DNA from: Chara braunii
Lineage: Eukaryota; Plantae; Charophyceae
Direction: 5' to 3'
Assembly: GCA_003427395.1 (NCBI GenBank)
Contig: BFEA01000013.1
Location: 403,326 to 467,325, forward strand
DNA: 64,000 nucleotides
Shown: one piece after another, positions 62,395-64,000 of the stretch
Position numbering within the stretch: the first letter of the stretch is position 1
Layout: every line of letters begins with the position of its first letter
Notes under the pieces: model-generated
The model's input: only the letters and a program-made list of their open reading frames with translations
Database searches by the model: none
What the model was told of the DNA's origin: nothing
Made by a program: the position numbers and the translations under genes

Positions 62395-63113
62395 GGTAAT
62401 CGGCGCTCGGGACGGGCGGAACGCCGGAACCCGAACGCCCGAACGTATGGGACCCCTTGGGGATGCGTTCGGCCGTTCGGGCCGAACGCGGACCCAAAAA
62501 AAAAAANNAAAAAAAGTCATCAAAAAAATATGAAAACAAGATATGTTATGGAAAAAAATAAATTAAATAAGATTTGCCTGAGCATTACATCCGAATCCCT
62601 TACCAAATTTGAAATAAAAATAAAATACAGAAAACATATACTAATAATAAAAATAAAAAGAGAATTAAATTTAGTGAGTGCGCGAGCATGTTTTCGACAC
62701 TGCCATCTTTGGCGATTTTTCATTTTTTTTTGGCATAGCCAAATGCCCTGAAAATTTACAGAGGTGTACTTCAAATAATACAAAACCCACTAAAAAAGTT
62801 TCAAAAAATAATAAAATTGTTTAGACCATGAACTAAAGTGAAAACAAAAAGTTAAAAGTGAAAAAATACGTGGGCGAACCCGTTTTGACACCGCCATCTT
62901 TGGCGATTTTTATTTTTTATTGGGCTCAGCCAAATGACTTGAAAATTTATAGGCATGTACCTCGCGTATTTGGCAAAACAACTATTTTTAGGTCCCGAAT
63001 ATTTTTTGGCGGGAGCCAAACGCCGTCGGGTTCGGACCTCGTACGGGACCCCGAACGCCCGTACGTATGGAGGTCTGCCCGGGGACCTCCGTTTGTACGG
63101 GCTAGTGACCCTG
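62392..63113. mobile_element. hAT-type MITE, copy 2 (same family as 54337-55111)
   Basis: CAGGGTAA...TGACCCTG termini, colinear interior (e.g. AAAGTGAAAACAAAAAGTTAAAAGTG), TATATATA flanks. Confidence 0.82.
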
Positions 63114-64000
63114 TATATATATATACATTTTGTTTTTGACACAAATCATGTGGCTTTCACCTCGCATTAGGTGTATGCCACCAAATTTTTGGATCATTTG
63201 GGCCAGTAGAATAAATAATAAAAATTTTCACAGATTCTAATCCCCACCCTCCTATCCCCACCAAAACCCATCTAACCCCCCCCCCCCCCCCTCAAATACC
63301 ACCATATCACCAAATGCTTAGAAAAATGCGAAACGTTTTGTGGGGGGTCTCGAGGATATGCGCAACACTGTGATTTTTTTTTATTTTTTTTTTTTAGTGC
63401 CAAAAAGTCGTTATCCGGAAATCCGGACGACGGGGGTACCTGACGTCCGGGGGAGACGTGCGGTCTCCGGACCATTGGTAACGTAGGTGTTTTTTCATTT
63501 CGTTTCTTTTTGCGAACCGATTGTATCCTTGCATTTGAGTGTCAGGCTACGCTGCCAGGCGGGCCGCACGGGTCATCTTTTTATTCCGGGGGGAAGGACC
63601 CTGCCCGACTCCCTGTGCCCTGCGAGCTTCACGGCCTGCTATGTGGTTGGTTCCCTACGTTGTTGCATGCCTGCCTGGACTCCTGCTTACCTGCATGCCC
63701 GTCTGCCCGCCCACCTTTTTGTATGTCAAACGTCCACAAACTCTATGTTTACCTGCATGGTTATCTGCCTCTACCTTGCCCTCTGTTCCTGGCTTGTGCG
63801 GAACCCCTTCGTGCATGGGCCGTTATCTGTGTGCCCAACCTGCCCCGGGCCTGTGTCTCACCCCTGCCTGGAGCCTGTGCCCCCGACCTAACCCGGGTCT
63901 GTGTCGCCGACTTGCCCCAAACCTGTCTGCTTGACTTATGAATGGCCTTGGCATGGGTGCAGGGAAGGATTCGCATCGGCACCTGGGCCTGCATGCCTGT

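Overview
Repeat-dominated eukaryotic (plant-like) genomic DNA with no confidently identifiable host gene. The tRNA-Asp PBS, telo-boxes and element types suggest a streptophyte, possibly a charophyte such as Chara; this is inference only. Main content, in order: (1) A 22.6-kb minus-strand non-chromoviral Ty3/gypsy element (2263-24889) with ~4.25-kb LTRs, a 4-bp TSD and a tRNA-Asp PBS. It is nested inside the gag gene of an older plus-strand chromovirus whose integrase C-terminus/chromodomain is locally inverted. Upstream of its own gag, the large element carries ~5 kb of tightly packed small ORFs in two unknown paralogous families. (2) A tRNA-derived SINE and several satellites (170, 54, 60 and 91 bp units), one arranged as a foldback between direct repeats. 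(3) A Penelope-like retroelement (44561-51022) with GIY-YIG N-terminal to RT, a separate upstream CCHC/SAP-like ORF and an apparent intron. (4) Two hAT-type MITEs inserted in microsatellites. (5) A largely ORF-free 1.4-kb array of 12 or more hairpins with a conserved CCGTG loop but different stems. Nextera mate-pair junction adapters at 1-32 and 5640-5677 are assembly contamination. All alignments and folds were done by eye.
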